A stretch of 64,000 nt of DNA. Source: Candidatus Amesbacteria bacterium GW2011_GWB1_47_19 (lineage in GTDB: Bacteria > Patescibacteriota > Microgenomatia > CAZETR01 > Amesbacteraceae). The notes under the pieces are model-generated. The model made no database searches. It saw only the letters and a program-made list of their open reading frames with translations, and was not told the origin of the DNA. Of the stretch, positions 46,215 to 56,190 are shown piece after piece. Each line of letters starts with the position of its first letter. Positions within the stretch are counted from its first letter, which is position 1. The stretch is taken from positions 67,773 to 131,772 of the forward strand of contig LCNZ01000001.1 in assembly GCA_001002325.1 (NCBI GenBank). Direction: 5' to 3'. Made by a program: the position numbers and the translations under genes.

Positions 46215-48623
46215 ATGAGTGACGATATGAGCCAAGAAATACCAAAAGGGATTGTGCCCGGGGGGCAGGTAAAGAGTGAAAAAAAGGATATCGTCGGCAA
46301 ACCCGAATCAGGGAGGTCATTGAGGGATGAACTCAAGGGACAAGATGCAAACGCAATAGTTCGAGAGAGTACAGGTCCGCTTGGAAGTAGAGAGACACCT
46401 CTTGGAGAAAATCGGGGCAGCTGGCGTGAACAGGAACAAAAGAAAAGGGGACCAGGTGTGTTGTTGACAGAAAAACTTAAAGAAGAGCCAAAGGAGGCTG
46501 AGCCAGAAGATACCAGCTTGGGAAGAAGGCTGGAAAATGTGCTGGTGGGGATGCTTGCAACGGCTCAAGCGTTTGATGAGGCAGGGGAGTTGGTGAGAGC
46601 AATAACAAGGAAACGAGAAAGCGGAGAGCCTGTAACCCATGCAGACCAAATTAGACCTGAACTGGCAAAATTATATAAAAAGTTAGCCGGATCAAGAGGG
46701 GCCAGGCAACATGCCGATATGGAGACTGAGGATTTGGTTAGGAATGAATTGCTGAGCGGGGTGCGGCCATTTCAGGAGATTCAAGACGACATTAGAGAGG
46801 CGTTTAAAATATCAGACCCACAGGAAAGGGAAAAACGGATTAAAGAGTTGCGTAAGGAAAGGGCTCCACTGGAGATGATTGCAGAAGGTATAGGGCTATT
46901 TGATGATGTGCGAAACGATACAAAAACAGAGCAAGACTGGCGGTTTTTTGAAAATGCCGGAGGGAATCTTCAGGACCATTCGGAGATTGCGCCAGAAAAC
47001 GATAAACTCTCTCGCAGCTTTCTGAATAATAGAATCACGGAAGTGAGAGGATTGCACGGTTACGATCCCAAAATGGACGGAATGATAGAGGAATACCGGG
47101 AGGTGGCGAAGGAGAATTGGGCTTGGGCGATGAGAGCTGCAAGGGGGGAAGCAACTATTGATGCCGATACTAGGAAAAGAGTTGAGGCGAGGGGGTGGGG
47201 GACGATTCCCCAAACAAGCCTGGTGGAAGAGGCGAGAGGGTGGTTAGAGAAGGTGAGGGGAGTTAACGAGAGGCAGGCGAGGGAGCAGCAAATGGAACAC
47301 GAGCGTCTATTAGCCGAAAAGATGGGGCAAGGTGCGGGGGGAGGGGGGGGAGCAGAAGTTGAAGTTAGAGAGGTTAATGCCAGCGGGGACAGGTGGAGCG
47401 CCAGGTTTATGGAAAAACTGGGACTACCTGTGAATTTTGTGATACCACCACAAGGGCCCAGGGCTCCGGAAATCAGGGTGGAAACGGCTTCTGCACTGGA
47501 GAATGCCTATGATACAAATGGAGTTCCCGTATTTATAAACCCGAATACTGTTGAAGGACAGTATTTCATAATGTCCTGTTCAAGCCAGGAGAAGGCTAGG
47601 CTGTTTTATTGGGGAGTGTTGCCGTGGATAAGATTAATAACTTTGGGCAGGCACGACGGGAAATTTTCAACTTTGTATGATCCGAAAACCGGGAGTGGTT
47701 TGATAGGAGAGCTAGGATTGTCCTTAAGGGGTTTGGCAACTGCTTTTGAAAATGATGAGGAGGCAAAGAGATGCCTGGCGATTATTCTACAAATGAATGA
47801 GCAGGAATATCCTGGCGGAGGAGGGAGAAGAGTACTTGATGGCCGCAGAACCATGAATACTGATGATGTGCATTTTGCGGAGAGTAAAGCTCCGGAATAC
47901 ATGCGGTTGCTTAGGAGCGACCCCTTAAGGGAAGAATACGGACATACGGCGGTGAGAAACGAAATAAGAGATTTGGCGGCAGAAGTAGCGAAGTACGTGG
48001 GATGTGACAACGGTACCGCGGAAATAATGATGGAAGTAGCAACATTGATCAATGGGGGGCCGAAAATGGTTGAATACAGGAATATCCTGAAAAATCACGG
48101 AGAACTTTTGAGTGCCTATGCTGGTGAAAGAGCAGCTTTACCTCTATTGGCGAAGCTATTTATGGGAAAAAATGCCGGAGGGGATTCGGTTTATCTGGCG
48201 GATTATTTCAATAATCAGGGAGTCGACGGAATGTTTCAACAAATGAAGGGAATGTATGAAGACCGATGGCACAAAGCAATCGGCGGGATGGTGACAATTA
48301 AGTCGGTGATAGATTCGATACAGAAGATGTTGAGATGGGATGGTGATGCCAAGGAAATGGCTTCAAAATACGTGGTAAAATGTGAAATAGTTAAATTGCT
48401 AGCGAGTTTGAGAAAACTGGAATTTCCTTTAATCGAAAGGGGTACTGAGGCTGAGATTATTGGGCGGGCTAATGATATGCCTGATAAAATCGGCGAGGTG
48501 GTAAAGGAGTCATCACCTCCTGCCGAACAAGTGGCTAATGAGGTGGGCTGGGGATTATTGAATTCATTAACATTCGGAGGTGCCGGACTGCTTAGGTCAA
48601 TCAGGAGAAAAAGGGGAAGTTAG
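46215..48623 (+). CDS. large soluble hypothetical protein inside the T4SS locus (candidate substrate/effector)
   Basis: 802 aa with no TM and no recognised catalytic motif, a charged N-terminal region, and a C-terminus ending LLRSIRRKRGS (Arg-rich). Confidence 0.4.
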   Translation: MSDDMSQEIPKGIVPGGQVKSEKKDIVGKPESGRSLRDELKGQDANAIVRESTGPLGSRETPLGENRGSWREQEQKKRGPGVLLTEKLKEEPKEAEPEDTSLGRRLENVLVGMLATAQAFDEAGELVRAITRKRESGEPVTHADQIRPELAKLYKKLAGSRGARQHADMETEDLVRNELLSGVRPFQEIQDDIREAFKISDPQEREKRIKELRKERAPLEMIAEGIGLFDDVRNDTKTEQDWRFFENAGGNLQDHSEIAPENDKLSRSFLNNRITEVRGLHGYDPKMDGMIEEYREVAKENWAWAMRAARGEATIDADTRKRVEARGWGTIPQTSLVEEARGWLEKVRGVNERQAREQQMEHERLLAEKMGQGAGGGGGAEVEVREVNASGDRWSARFMEKLGLPVNFVIPPQGPRAPEIRVETASALENAYDTNGVPVFINPNTVEGQYFIMSCSSQEKARLFYWGVLPWIRLITLGRHDGKFSTLYDPKTGSGLIGELGLSLRGLATAFENDEEAKRCLAIILQMNEQEYPGGGGRRVLDGRRTMNTDDVHFAESKAPEYMRLLRSDPLREEYGHTAVRNEIRDLAAEVAKYVGCDNGTAEIMMEVATLINGGPKMVEYRNILKNHGELLSAYAGERAALPLLAKLFMGKNAGGDSVYLADYFNNQGVDGMFQQMKGMYEDRWHKAIGGMVTIKSVIDSIQKMLRWDGDAKEMASKYVVKCEIVKLLASLRKLEFPLIERGTEAEIIGRANDMPDKIGEVVKESSPPAEQVANEVGWGLLNSLTFGGAGLLRSIRRKRGS

Positions 48624-48632
48624 AATTTAGTT

Positions 48633-50258
48633 TCACGAGCCGGCTTTTTTACCCCAACCGGAGATTGTATTAGAGAAGCTTCTCGCGGCTTTGGCAGCCG
48701 ATTCCAGGGAGGACGCGGCTTGTTTGTCAGCCGGTAAACCTCCTGCTCCAATTTGACCCGCGGCATACTCAAGCGATGAGGCACCTAAACCAACACCTTT
48801 AGAGGGAAGGAGAAAGGCGGGGCCGAGGGCTTGGCCAATGGCTGTGCCGTATTTGAATTGCGGAGCTTTGAGGGCGTCGCGGACCATTTCAGCCGCTTTG
48901 GGAATAAGAGCAAGAATGGCGTAACCCATGACGAAAGAAAAAAGGAAACCGACTGTACCGACAAAAGGCAGAGAAGGCCAGCCCGAAGTAGTCAGGCCGG
49001 TATTTACGGTACAGCCGAGTGGGGTGAGGCGCCATGTTGTACCGGAAAAAGCGGCGAGAATAGCATCGATAATTGTCCGAATGGGAGCAGGAAACGGAAT
49101 TAGGGAACAAAGAGGTTGCCAAAAAAGCATATTCAGAAGCAGCATGAGGGGGACGACAACAAAGACAGCGGCATTGGCAATTAAATTTCTGAACCAGGCG
49201 CCGAATCCCTGGTTGCCGGGAAGAAGCCCGAGCATAATCTGCCAGGGACCGACAATAATAAGAAACATCAAGGTGAGGTAAGTCTTAAGAAGCATCCAGA
49301 AGACGCGCAACAGCAGCCAACTGATGAGGACGATGAGGACGATGCTGATGAGCGTAAGAACGGGAAGGATAAAGTTTAGGAGAGGAATGAAGATGGAAAA
49401 GCCGCCTGCTGCACTAACGAGGATAAATGGAAGCATATAGTATGCAAGGACAACTGCGAAGCCACCGGTGGCAAAAAAGCGGATAGAACTACCCATAAAG
49501 GCTGCCCCAAAAACTCCACTGTAGCTTAAAGCCCCCAACACCAGGGTGATGATCACAAAAATGGAATCCAGGACCAGACCGGCAATTGCGTAGGAGAAAG
49601 TGACTAAAAGCAAAGTAATAATAATTTTGGGTATCATGAGCTGAACGGAGATGGCAGTCTGGGGATTGATCTTGACCCGGAACATGATCATGAATGCGGC
49701 GGCGACAAGGATGACAATCATGAGCAGATAGACGATATTCCTGGAGGTAGCCCAGAGCCGATTGATAGCTGATAGGCTGGTGAAACCATATCCCTGGGCG
49801 TGGGCAGGGGAAGCTATGGAGAATTTGGCCAGGCTATTGCTGATATCTTCAATGCCGGAAGCGGGAAGATTGGTATAAATTCCTGATATTCCAGCCATAG
49901 CCAAACCCGGTATGCCAAGAGCGGCATAATTTTGTAGGGAGGGGGATTCCTGAGATAAAAGTTGCCGGAGAAAATCAATGATTTCACTTGACTCGTCCAG
50001 TCCGGCCGTAGGGTTGAGGATGAGATATAGACTGTCCAGGATCCAGACCACCTGGGCATAGGTGTAACGTTCTCCAAAAATGGCGTCCTGTGGATCCGCG
50101 GTAACTTTCTGGCCGAACTCTTCGGGGGAGGGGTTATACCAGGGAGTGGCAGCGGCGGCGTGCGGAGTGAACGTTGAGAGTAATAGCGTAAAAGAATACA
50201 AGAGGACTAGAAATGTGAAAGATGCCTTTTTTATGAAAGAGGACATGTGGTTATACAT
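48633..50258 (-). CDS. VirB6/TrbL-like polytopic membrane protein
   Basis: Signal-peptide-like N-terminus, an approximately 150-aa periplasmic-like region, at least 6 TM helices and a Gly/Ala-rich C-terminal tail. It sits in the T4SS cluster. Confidence 0.5.
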   Translation of the reverse strand: MYNHMSSFIKKASFTFLVLLYSFTLLLSTFTPHAAAATPWYNPSPEEFGQKVTADPQDAIFGERYTYAQVVWILDSLYLILNPTAGLDESSEIIDFLRQLLSQESPSLQNYAALGIPGLAMAGISGIYTNLPASGIEDISNSLAKFSIASPAHAQGYGFTSLSAINRLWATSRNIVYLLMIVILVAAAFMIMFRVKINPQTAISVQLMIPKIIITLLLVTFSYAIAGLVLDSIFVIITLVLGALSYSGVFGAAFMGSSIRFFATGGFAVVLAYYMLPFILVSAAGGFSIFIPLLNFILPVLTLISIVLIVLISWLLLRVFWMLLKTYLTLMFLIIVGPWQIMLGLLPGNQGFGAWFRNLIANAAVFVVVPLMLLLNMLFWQPLCSLIPFPAPIRTIIDAILAAFSGTTWRLTPLGCTVNTGLTTSGWPSLPFVGTVGFLFSFVMGYAILALIPKAAEMVRDALKAPQFKYGTAIGQALGPAFLLPSKGVGLGASSLEYAAGQIGAGGLPADKQAASSLESAAKAARSFSNTISGWGKKAGS

Positions 50259-50285
50259 TAAATGATTGTATATAGTTTGGCAAGG

Positions 50286-53180
50286 TCAGGGGGCGGGGAA
50301 AGGGCAGCTGCTAATATAATCCCAGGTTGTATTGGTAATATTTTGGGCATACTCATCGGTATCTGCCGTGGGAATACATTTATTTAAGTTTGTATTGTAA
50401 CTAAATTTTGCAGCAAAGACACGAGCCCAGCCGTATTGAATAATTTCAGCGGAACAGGTGGACTTGATTTGTTTAACGAAGTTGATAAAGGCGGTGATCT
50501 GGGCAAGCCAGTTATTATGAGGATAAAAGACCATGCCAAAATCGGAGACGTTTCCGATTTTTAAATAGTTACTGGTATCGCTTTCATTCATCCAAATTAA
50601 TAAAACCAGGGCGGGATTGACTCCGGCCTGATTGGACAGAAAGACTGCATCATTGAAACACTCTTCGGCATAGGGGTACCCTTGGGTGGGAAGGCCGTAC
50701 CAGCGGCGGGCAACGTCGATATAATTTGCGCGGTTGACACAGGCGACAGCTTGAAGAGGGCGGGACTTGTTGCAGTTGATGCCCTTGGTACCGATGGGCG
50801 GGGAGTAGGCGTCGATGATGTCCAATGGACGCCAAAGACGTTGGAAGTTAAGATTTTCGTAAGAAACGGCTCCTCCGAGAAAATGATCAGCCAGACTGCC
50901 GAGGCGGTCAAAGTAAATATCTGCCGGGGCACCACCGGAACCGGAATCCACACGGGGATTGTTGAGATTTGAGGTGCTGCCCGAGTATTGGGCAGTATCC
51001 TGTCCGGGGACGGTAGTTTCGATATCGTGTTCTCCGGTCAGGTAATCGGCACCGGGCCCCAAAATATCCGGTTTCTTGGGTAGGAAACGGCGAAGAAGGG
51101 AATCGGCACCAACAACCAGGGAGTCATAAAGGCGTTCGACCAGAGGCGTTTTAATAAAAACTGAAATGCGGGTATTTGAATTCAACTCCCGACGCGGCCA
51201 GGCTTCACACTTGCCGGGCTCTTCGTCCTGCCATTCGCAAAGGCCGGCTCCGGGGTAAGGGTAATTTTCACAAGCGGATTTGCCGAAAGTCTTGCAGATG
51301 GGGTAGGGACCATAACAGCCCCCCGGCTGATAACCCTGGCATTCACCCCAGCAGCAGATGCGATCCGGGGTGCAACCAGCATTTTCCACGGCGCAGGGCA
51401 GGGGAAAGTCTACCAAATGCTCGGGAGTATATTGGAATACCTGGTGGTAGGTGAGCGTGCTGCCGATGGATGACCCAACCAGATTGTCGCCGGGGCTGGA
51501 CCGGGCATCAGAAAGTTCGCAGGAGGGGGGATCCGGTCTGAACAATGGATTGGGAGCAAGAGCACCGGGGATGACCTCGGTGTTGCGGGTCGGCAGGCCG
51601 CTTTTGAGGTAGTCCGGACGCTGGACGACTGTGGAATCATCGATGCCCTGATGCTCGGAAATGCGTTGGGAAACAAAATCACGGCTGGAGGTATCCGGCA
51701 CACGGGTTGGAGTAGGGGGGAGGGGGAGATAAAAACTTCGACTGATTTCCGTCAGGGCATTACTGGACTTGAGCCCAGGGAAGTAGAGTCGGGAATCGGA
51801 AAGTTCACCGGCATTATCGATTATCAGGGAGGGATTGCGTCCGGGACAACTATTGATCAGGTAACCATCGGAATCAGGTTGGAAAGAAACATCCGGAATG
51901 AAACTAATGGTGCTCTCGCCGGTAACATCTTCACGAGAGGAGTAGGGAACCTGGTACATCATGGCGGAATTAAGGCTAACGCCGTTCAAGCGGACAACCT
52001 TGGCTCCCGGTCCGCCACAATTGACTACTTCATCTAGAATTAAAGCCGAGAGGCAGGTGCGGAGGTTTTGAATGGGCTGGAAGCCAATTTTTAGAAAATC
52101 CTGAACAAATTGGCCATCATTACCGAGGACTGTTAATCCTTCGCGGATGAGGGCTGCCGCAAGGGAGGCAGGTGAGGCGAAATCGGCTTGGGTAATGTGG
52201 GGTATAGCCTGAATAACCTGAATCAGATCCTGGGCTACCATACGGGCGGCAAGGTAGGCTAAACGGGGAAGGGTGAGCAGATTGGAGGCTGCGGCTTTGA
52301 GACAAGTGAGAACGGCGTTGACTATTTGGGCTACGGTGCGGCTTTCGCGGCAGCCGACGATGTAATTGTGATATTGTTTTTCAACGGGGCCGTTTAAAAG
52401 AGCAGTGCGCAGATCCAGCTGCGAGTCCCTGGGTAGAAGCTTATTGACCGGGCCGGAATAAGTATTAAGGCGGACCATTTCGTTCGGGTTATCAGGATTT
52501 AAGGGAATGTGCTCCGAACTTTGGACAGTGCCGCTCAGATACCAGTCGAGGAAGAGGTTGACCTGGACTTCATCGTCCAGATCCTCCTGAGTATTGCTGA
52601 TGATGGGGAACTTGGAGTTTTCCAGACCGACGTTAGTATGCCAGGTGACGGGATGGACCAGACAAACTTGGCCACCACAGAGATAATAATTTTGATAAGC
52701 GAAGGTATCACCGTTGGAATTTTCCAGGTCGGCCGTACAGGGATTGAAAGACTGGCCGATTAGATTTCTGGGAACGACATCAAGGACGGTATAGGAACCG
52801 TGGGTGTTGAGGCTGTTGGCACAGGAAAAAGTGAGGTATTTGTTATCGGCGGCGGCAGGAGCCTCGGGAGTTTTGCGGGGGATGAGAGGATCGCAGGGAG
52901 ATGCGGGATAGGGGCGAAGGGGGTGGAATTCCGGAGAGACGGTCTGGGGGCAATTGGTGATGTTGGTGATATATTTGAGGGGGGTGAAACCAAAGGTGAC
53001 GGGGTCACGGGGAACGGAAAATGTGGGTGTTTGGGCGTGGATAGGAGAGTTAAAGAGCAGAAGAGCGGAAGAGAACAAGAGTGTAAGATTTATTAATATC
53101 CGACGAACCATAAGCATATTATACATATGAAGTGTCCAGCGTCCGAAGTTTGGGGGAATTAGCAGCCGGAGATGATACAA
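50286..53180 (-). CDS. large secreted Cys-rich protein, possible C-terminal cell-wall hydrolase (SLT-like ES motif)
   Basis: Signal peptide (LTLLFSSALLLFNSPIHAQ), a Cys-rich module (CCWGECQGYQPGGCYGPYPICK...), and a C-terminal region with LLIWMNESDTSNY, a possible lytic-transglycosylase E-S motif. The true start is probably an internal Met. Confidence 0.4.
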   Translation of the reverse strand: MYHLRLLIPPNFGRWTLHMYNMLMVRRILINLTLLFSSALLLFNSPIHAQTPTFSVPRDPVTFGFTPLKYITNITNCPQTVSPEFHPLRPYPASPCDPLIPRKTPEAPAAADNKYLTFSCANSLNTHGSYTVLDVVPRNLIGQSFNPCTADLENSNGDTFAYQNYYLCGGQVCLVHPVTWHTNVGLENSKFPIISNTQEDLDDEVQVNLFLDWYLSGTVQSSEHIPLNPDNPNEMVRLNTYSGPVNKLLPRDSQLDLRTALLNGPVEKQYHNYIVGCRESRTVAQIVNAVLTCLKAAASNLLTLPRLAYLAARMVAQDLIQVIQAIPHITQADFASPASLAAALIREGLTVLGNDGQFVQDFLKIGFQPIQNLRTCLSALILDEVVNCGGPGAKVVRLNGVSLNSAMMYQVPYSSREDVTGESTISFIPDVSFQPDSDGYLINSCPGRNPSLIIDNAGELSDSRLYFPGLKSSNALTEISRSFYLPLPPTPTRVPDTSSRDFVSQRISEHQGIDDSTVVQRPDYLKSGLPTRNTEVIPGALAPNPLFRPDPPSCELSDARSSPGDNLVGSSIGSTLTYHQVFQYTPEHLVDFPLPCAVENAGCTPDRICCWGECQGYQPGGCYGPYPICKTFGKSACENYPYPGAGLCEWQDEEPGKCEAWPRRELNSNTRISVFIKTPLVERLYDSLVVGADSLLRRFLPKKPDILGPGADYLTGEHDIETTVPGQDTAQYSGSTSNLNNPRVDSGSGGAPADIYFDRLGSLADHFLGGAVSYENLNFQRLWRPLDIIDAYSPPIGTKGINCNKSRPLQAVACVNRANYIDVARRWYGLPTQGYPYAEECFNDAVFLSNQAGVNPALVLLIWMNESDTSNYLKIGNVSDFGMVFYPHNNWLAQITAFINFVKQIKSTCSAEIIQYGWARVFAAKFSYNTNLNKCIPTADTDEYAQNITNTTWDYISSCPFPAP

Positions 53181-53530
53181 ATGGAAAAATTTGTAAAATT
53201 AACGCCCAGAAATTTTCCGGCGAGGCTAAGGATTATCCAGGCGGAAAGCGATACCATCAAACCCAACACGGAATAAGTGATGGTGGATTGGGCACGGGCA
53301 GCGGATTCCTTGTTAGCTCCAGCCGATAGAAACTGGAAACCGCCGATGATCAACATGATCAGGGAGGCGGTTGCGACAAGAGTGAGAAGGGAAGCGAGGA
53401 CCCGACTGAAAACCGTTTCCAGTCCGGTGATTCGGGCGGGAGGGGCAGGGGTAGCGGCGGAAACCTGAGGCACATAGAGTATAAGAGTGGAAGAGTAGAA
53501 GAGTAGAAGTTTTAATTTGGCTTTGGACAT
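53159..53530 (-). CDS. T4SS pilin-like protein (VirB2/TrbC topology), paralog 1
   Basis: Signal peptide, hydrophobic helix 1, a short polar loop (SAGANKESAARAQ) and hydrophobic helix 2. It is a paralog of the eight downstream genes. Confidence 0.55.
   Translation of the reverse strand: MSKAKLKLLLFYSSTLILYVPQVSAATPAPPARITGLETVFSRVLASLLTLVATASLIMLIIGGFQFLSAGANKESAARAQSTITYSVLGLMVSLSAWIILSLAGKFLGVNFTNFSICIISGC
53470..53515. repeat. purine-rich 8-mer repeat (AGTAGAAG)n encoding the pilin paralog 1 signal peptide
   Basis: tataagagtggaagagtagaagagtagaagttttaatttggc. The reverse complement encodes MSKAKLKLLLFYSSTLIL. Confidence 0.75.
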
Positions 53531-53594
53531 ACGAATATATTAGCACAAAAATCACCCCCGGAATCCGGGGGTGATTTCGCCTAACGCCAGGCTT

Positions 53595-53978
53595 TTAGAT
53601 GTTGTTCAGGTTGAGACTGATAACATCGACGTTAAAGAGGACGCGGATGATGTAAAGAAGGGCGTAGGCCGAGAAAACCACAGCCAAGCCGATAAGGGCG
53701 TTGGTGATTTTTTTCCTGGCCTTTTCCGTACCTTCCTTGTCACCTCCGGCGAGAATCCACTGAATACCTCCCCACAAAAGGAAGATAAATGCGGCAATAC
53801 CGGCTGCGCCCAAGAGAATATTGATGGCTGCCGTGACGTACCTGGTAGGAGTGATATTGGCGATATACGGGTACTTGGTTGAGTTGATGGAGACGTTTTC
53901 TCCGGTGACGGCCAATACACGGCCAGGAAGAGCGGCAGCTCCGGTCAGTACGAGAGCTACTTTTTGTGTTTTACTCAT
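53595..53978 (-). CDS. T4SS pilin-like protein, paralog 2
   Basis: LLGAAGIAAFIFLLWGGIQWILAGGDKEGTEKARKKITNALIGLAVVFSAYALLYII is a two-helix hairpin with the conserved AGGDK loop. Confidence 0.6.
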   Translation of the reverse strand: MSKTQKVALVLTGAAALPGRVLAVTGENVSINSTKYPYIANITPTRYVTAAINILLGAAGIAAFIFLLWGGIQWILAGGDKEGTEKARKKITNALIGLAVVFSAYALLYIIRVLFNVDVISLNLNNI

Positions 53979-54047
53979 GCATTACGTCACCACCTTTCGA
54001 GTTGTGGGTTGAGTTTACCATATCTGACGGTTTGAGGAAATCCGAAT

Positions 54048-54437
54048 TCAAATGGTGTTAAGGTTGACGTAGAAGGAGTTTATGTTGAATAAAATCCGAA
54101 CAATGGTGATAAGTGCGTAGGAAGAAAGGACAATGGACAAGCCTACCAAAGCGTGGAGGATGCGTTTGCGGGCCCGCTCAATGCCTTCTTTATCTCCCCC
54201 GGACATGATCCACTGAATACCTCCAACAAGAAGGTAGATAAAGGCAATGATACCGGCGGCACCAAGAAACAGATTAATCCCTGAGGTAACCAGACGCCGG
54301 GGAGTAATGGTGTAGAGTTTGTTGTAGGGAGAGGCGGGATCAATGAGATTGACGTCGGCAGCGGAAGCATGAGAGGAGAAGAGTGTAAGACTAGATGAGT
54401 ATAAGAGAATTAGCGTGTGGAGGAATCTTTTCTTCAT
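54048..54437 (-). CDS. T4SS pilin-like protein, paralog 3
   Basis: LGAAGIIAFIYLLVGGIQWIMSGGDKEGIERARKRILHALVGLSIVLSSYALITIV is about 70% identical to paralog 2 over the core. Confidence 0.6.
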   Translation of the reverse strand: MKKRFLHTLILLYSSSLTLFSSHASAADVNLIDPASPYNKLYTITPRRLVTSGINLFLGAAGIIAFIYLLVGGIQWIMSGGDKEGIERARKRILHALVGLSIVLSSYALITIVRILFNINSFYVNLNTI

Positions 54438-54438
54438 A

Positions 54439-54792
54439 TCAGGGGGCGGGAATGTTAAACTTGCGGATATCGACTCCGAATAGCACTTCTACTACGTAGA
54501 GAAAAGCAAAGGCGGAAAATACGATAATAATTCCAATAAAGGCGTTGGTAAGGCGTTTTTGGGCTTTCTGAACAGCCTCTTTATCACCTCCGGCATTTAT
54601 GTATTCATAACCACCACGCAGGAGCATGATAAAAAAGTAAACACCGGCGAAACCAAAGGCGACATTGATCAGATTCCTGAGCATAAGTGAAAGAGCAGCG
54701 CGGCTATTTAAGGTGGTTGAATTGCCTAATTTTCCGTTAAGGGGGGGGTTGTAGAGGCTCTGTGCGAGTAGGGAGAGGACAGGCATAATCAT
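54439..54792 (-). CDS. T4SS pilin-like protein, paralog 4
   Basis: FGFAGVYFFIMLLRGGYEYINAGGDKEAVQKAQKRLTNAFIGIIIVFSAF. Confidence 0.6.
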   Translation of the reverse strand: MIMPVLSLLAQSLYNPPLNGKLGNSTTLNSRAALSLMLRNLINVAFGFAGVYFFIMLLRGGYEYINAGGDKEAVQKAQKRLTNAFIGIIIVFSAFAFLYVVEVLFGVDIRKFNIPAP

Positions 54793-55226
54793 GGTCTTAA
54801 ACCCAGAAGTAAAAAGCCGAATCTGAGGATGGGTATACCCAGGAAATACCCGATTACCCCGGTAATGGTAAAAGCCATTACAACGACGAGTAAACCCATA
54901 AAGGCGTTTGTAAGTCGTTTTTGGGCGTCCTGTACTGCCTGTTTGTCGCCTCCGGCATTAATCCACTTATAGCCAGCCATAAAAATCTGAAACAGGAAGT
55001 ATACTCCGGCAATTACTGTCATGAGACCAATGATGTTGGATATAAAATTTGTAAGCTGAGTGGCAGTCTGGGAGGAGGGGGTATTGGGATTGCCCAAAGG
55101 ACCAATGCCGTTGATGGTCCCCAAGTTGATACTGGAAGCAAGTAGTTTGGTGTAAAGGGTGGTCATTTCAAGGGCCCCAGATTCTGGGACGGAACAGAAT
55201 ATAAGCGTTGGTAGGACCGAAGACAA
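54789..55226 (-). CDS. T4SS pilin-like protein, paralog 5
   Basis: VIAGVYFLFQIFMAGYKWINAGGDKQAVQDAQKRLTNAFMGLLVVVMAF. The true start is probably the internal Met at about 55166, 2 nt from the end of paralog 6. Confidence 0.55.
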   Translation of the reverse strand: MSSVLPTLIFCSVPESGALEMTTLYTKLLASSINLGTINGIGPLGNPNTPSSQTATQLTNFISNIIGLMTVIAGVYFLFQIFMAGYKWINAGGDKQAVQDAQKRLTNAFMGLLVVVMAFTITGVIGYFLGIPILRFGFLLLGLRP

Positions 55227-55518
55227 TATATCCTATAGCCCAAGCTATGAGGAATGAAGCGGCAATGATAACCAATCCGAGAACCGACTGCCAGATTTTT
55301 TCCCAAGCCCTGGCGATATTTTTGGGTTCGCTGCCGGCGGTTAAAAAACCCCAGCCGGCCATGATGATATTGAAAAAAGCATAGACGCCTGCAAGGACAA
55401 TCATAAGCTTGACGAGATTGCTGACAAGAACAATAAGCCCCTGGCCTTGGGCGCCGGTATATCTTCCGGGCGAAAGAACTGAAAAAGGGCTGTTAATGCT
55501 GCCAAAGATGCCAAACAT
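55168..55518 (-). CDS. T4SS pilin-like protein, paralog 6
   Basis: LAGVYAFFNIIMAGWGFLTAGSEPKNIARAWEKIWQSVLGLVIIAASFLIAW is a divergent copy. Confidence 0.5.
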   Translation of the reverse strand: MFGIFGSINSPFSVLSPGRYTGAQGQGLIVLVSNLVKLMIVLAGVYAFFNIIMAGWGFLTAGSEPKNIARAWEKIWQSVLGLVIIAASFLIAWAIGYIVFGPTNAYILFRPRIWGP

Positions 55519-55522
55519 ATGA

Positions 55523-55882
55523 TCAGGTGACGGGTGGATTCATGAAATTAATTCCGGTAACTACTGTCAGTATCTGAAGTATAAAATATGAGGCGATGAC
55601 TAGCAAGAAGCCGAATAGAGCCGAGTTCAAAATACCGCGTTTTTTTGCCAATTCACGGGCATCATCCGGACTACCTCTCTGGAAACGGCCGGACATGACA
55701 ATCATGTTGAAGCCATAATAGATGATAATCAGGAAAAAGATGACAGCGGCGATGACCATGATATTGGGGAGGAGAGTGGAGATTAATGAACCGGGGGTAG
55801 CGGCGACATTTTTTGCTCCGGGGTGAGGTCCGAAAAATGTTCCCGGGATATTGACAACAGCAATGGGGGGAGAAGTGTTCAT
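55523..55882 (-). CDS. T4SS pilin-like protein, paralog 7
   Basis: VIAAVIFFLIIIYYGFNMIVMSG...ARELAKKRGILNSALFGFLLVIASYFIL is a divergent copy with the same two-helix layout. Confidence 0.5.
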   Translation of the reverse strand: MNTSPPIAVVNIPGTFFGPHPGAKNVAATPGSLISTLLPNIMVIAAVIFFLIIIYYGFNMIVMSGRFQRGSPDDARELAKKRGILNSALFGFLLVIASYFILQILTVVTGINFMNPPVT

Positions 55883-56184
55883 AGAAATAGAATACCAAAT
55901 ACGAAACGGATAACTTGGCCGAGGAAATAAGCACTTAATACAAGCAGCAGGCCGATTAAGGCGTTGAGCATGGTTTTTTGGGAGGCCTGGACCTTGCCGG
56001 GATCACCCAGTGCAGTGAGTGAAGTAAAGGCGGCAATTATAAAGCGGATCAGAAAATAGAAACCGGCGATAGCGATGGCATATAACAGGATGCGGGAAGT
56101 GAGTGTACCCACGAAAGTTACAGAGCTACGGAAGATGGTGGAAGGGCCGGGGATGCCGGAAATCTGGGCAATGGGAGGCTGCAT
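55879..56184 (-). CDS. T4SS pilin-like protein, paralog 8
   Basis: AIAGFYFLIRFIIAAFTSLTALGDPGKVQASQKTMLNALIGLLLVLSAYFL. Confidence 0.55.
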   Translation of the reverse strand: MQPPIAQISGIPGPSTIFRSSVTFVGTLTSRILLYAIAIAGFYFLIRFIIAAFTSLTALGDPGKVQASQKTMLNALIGLLLVLSAYFLGQVIRFVFGILFL

Positions 56185-56190
56185 ATTTGA

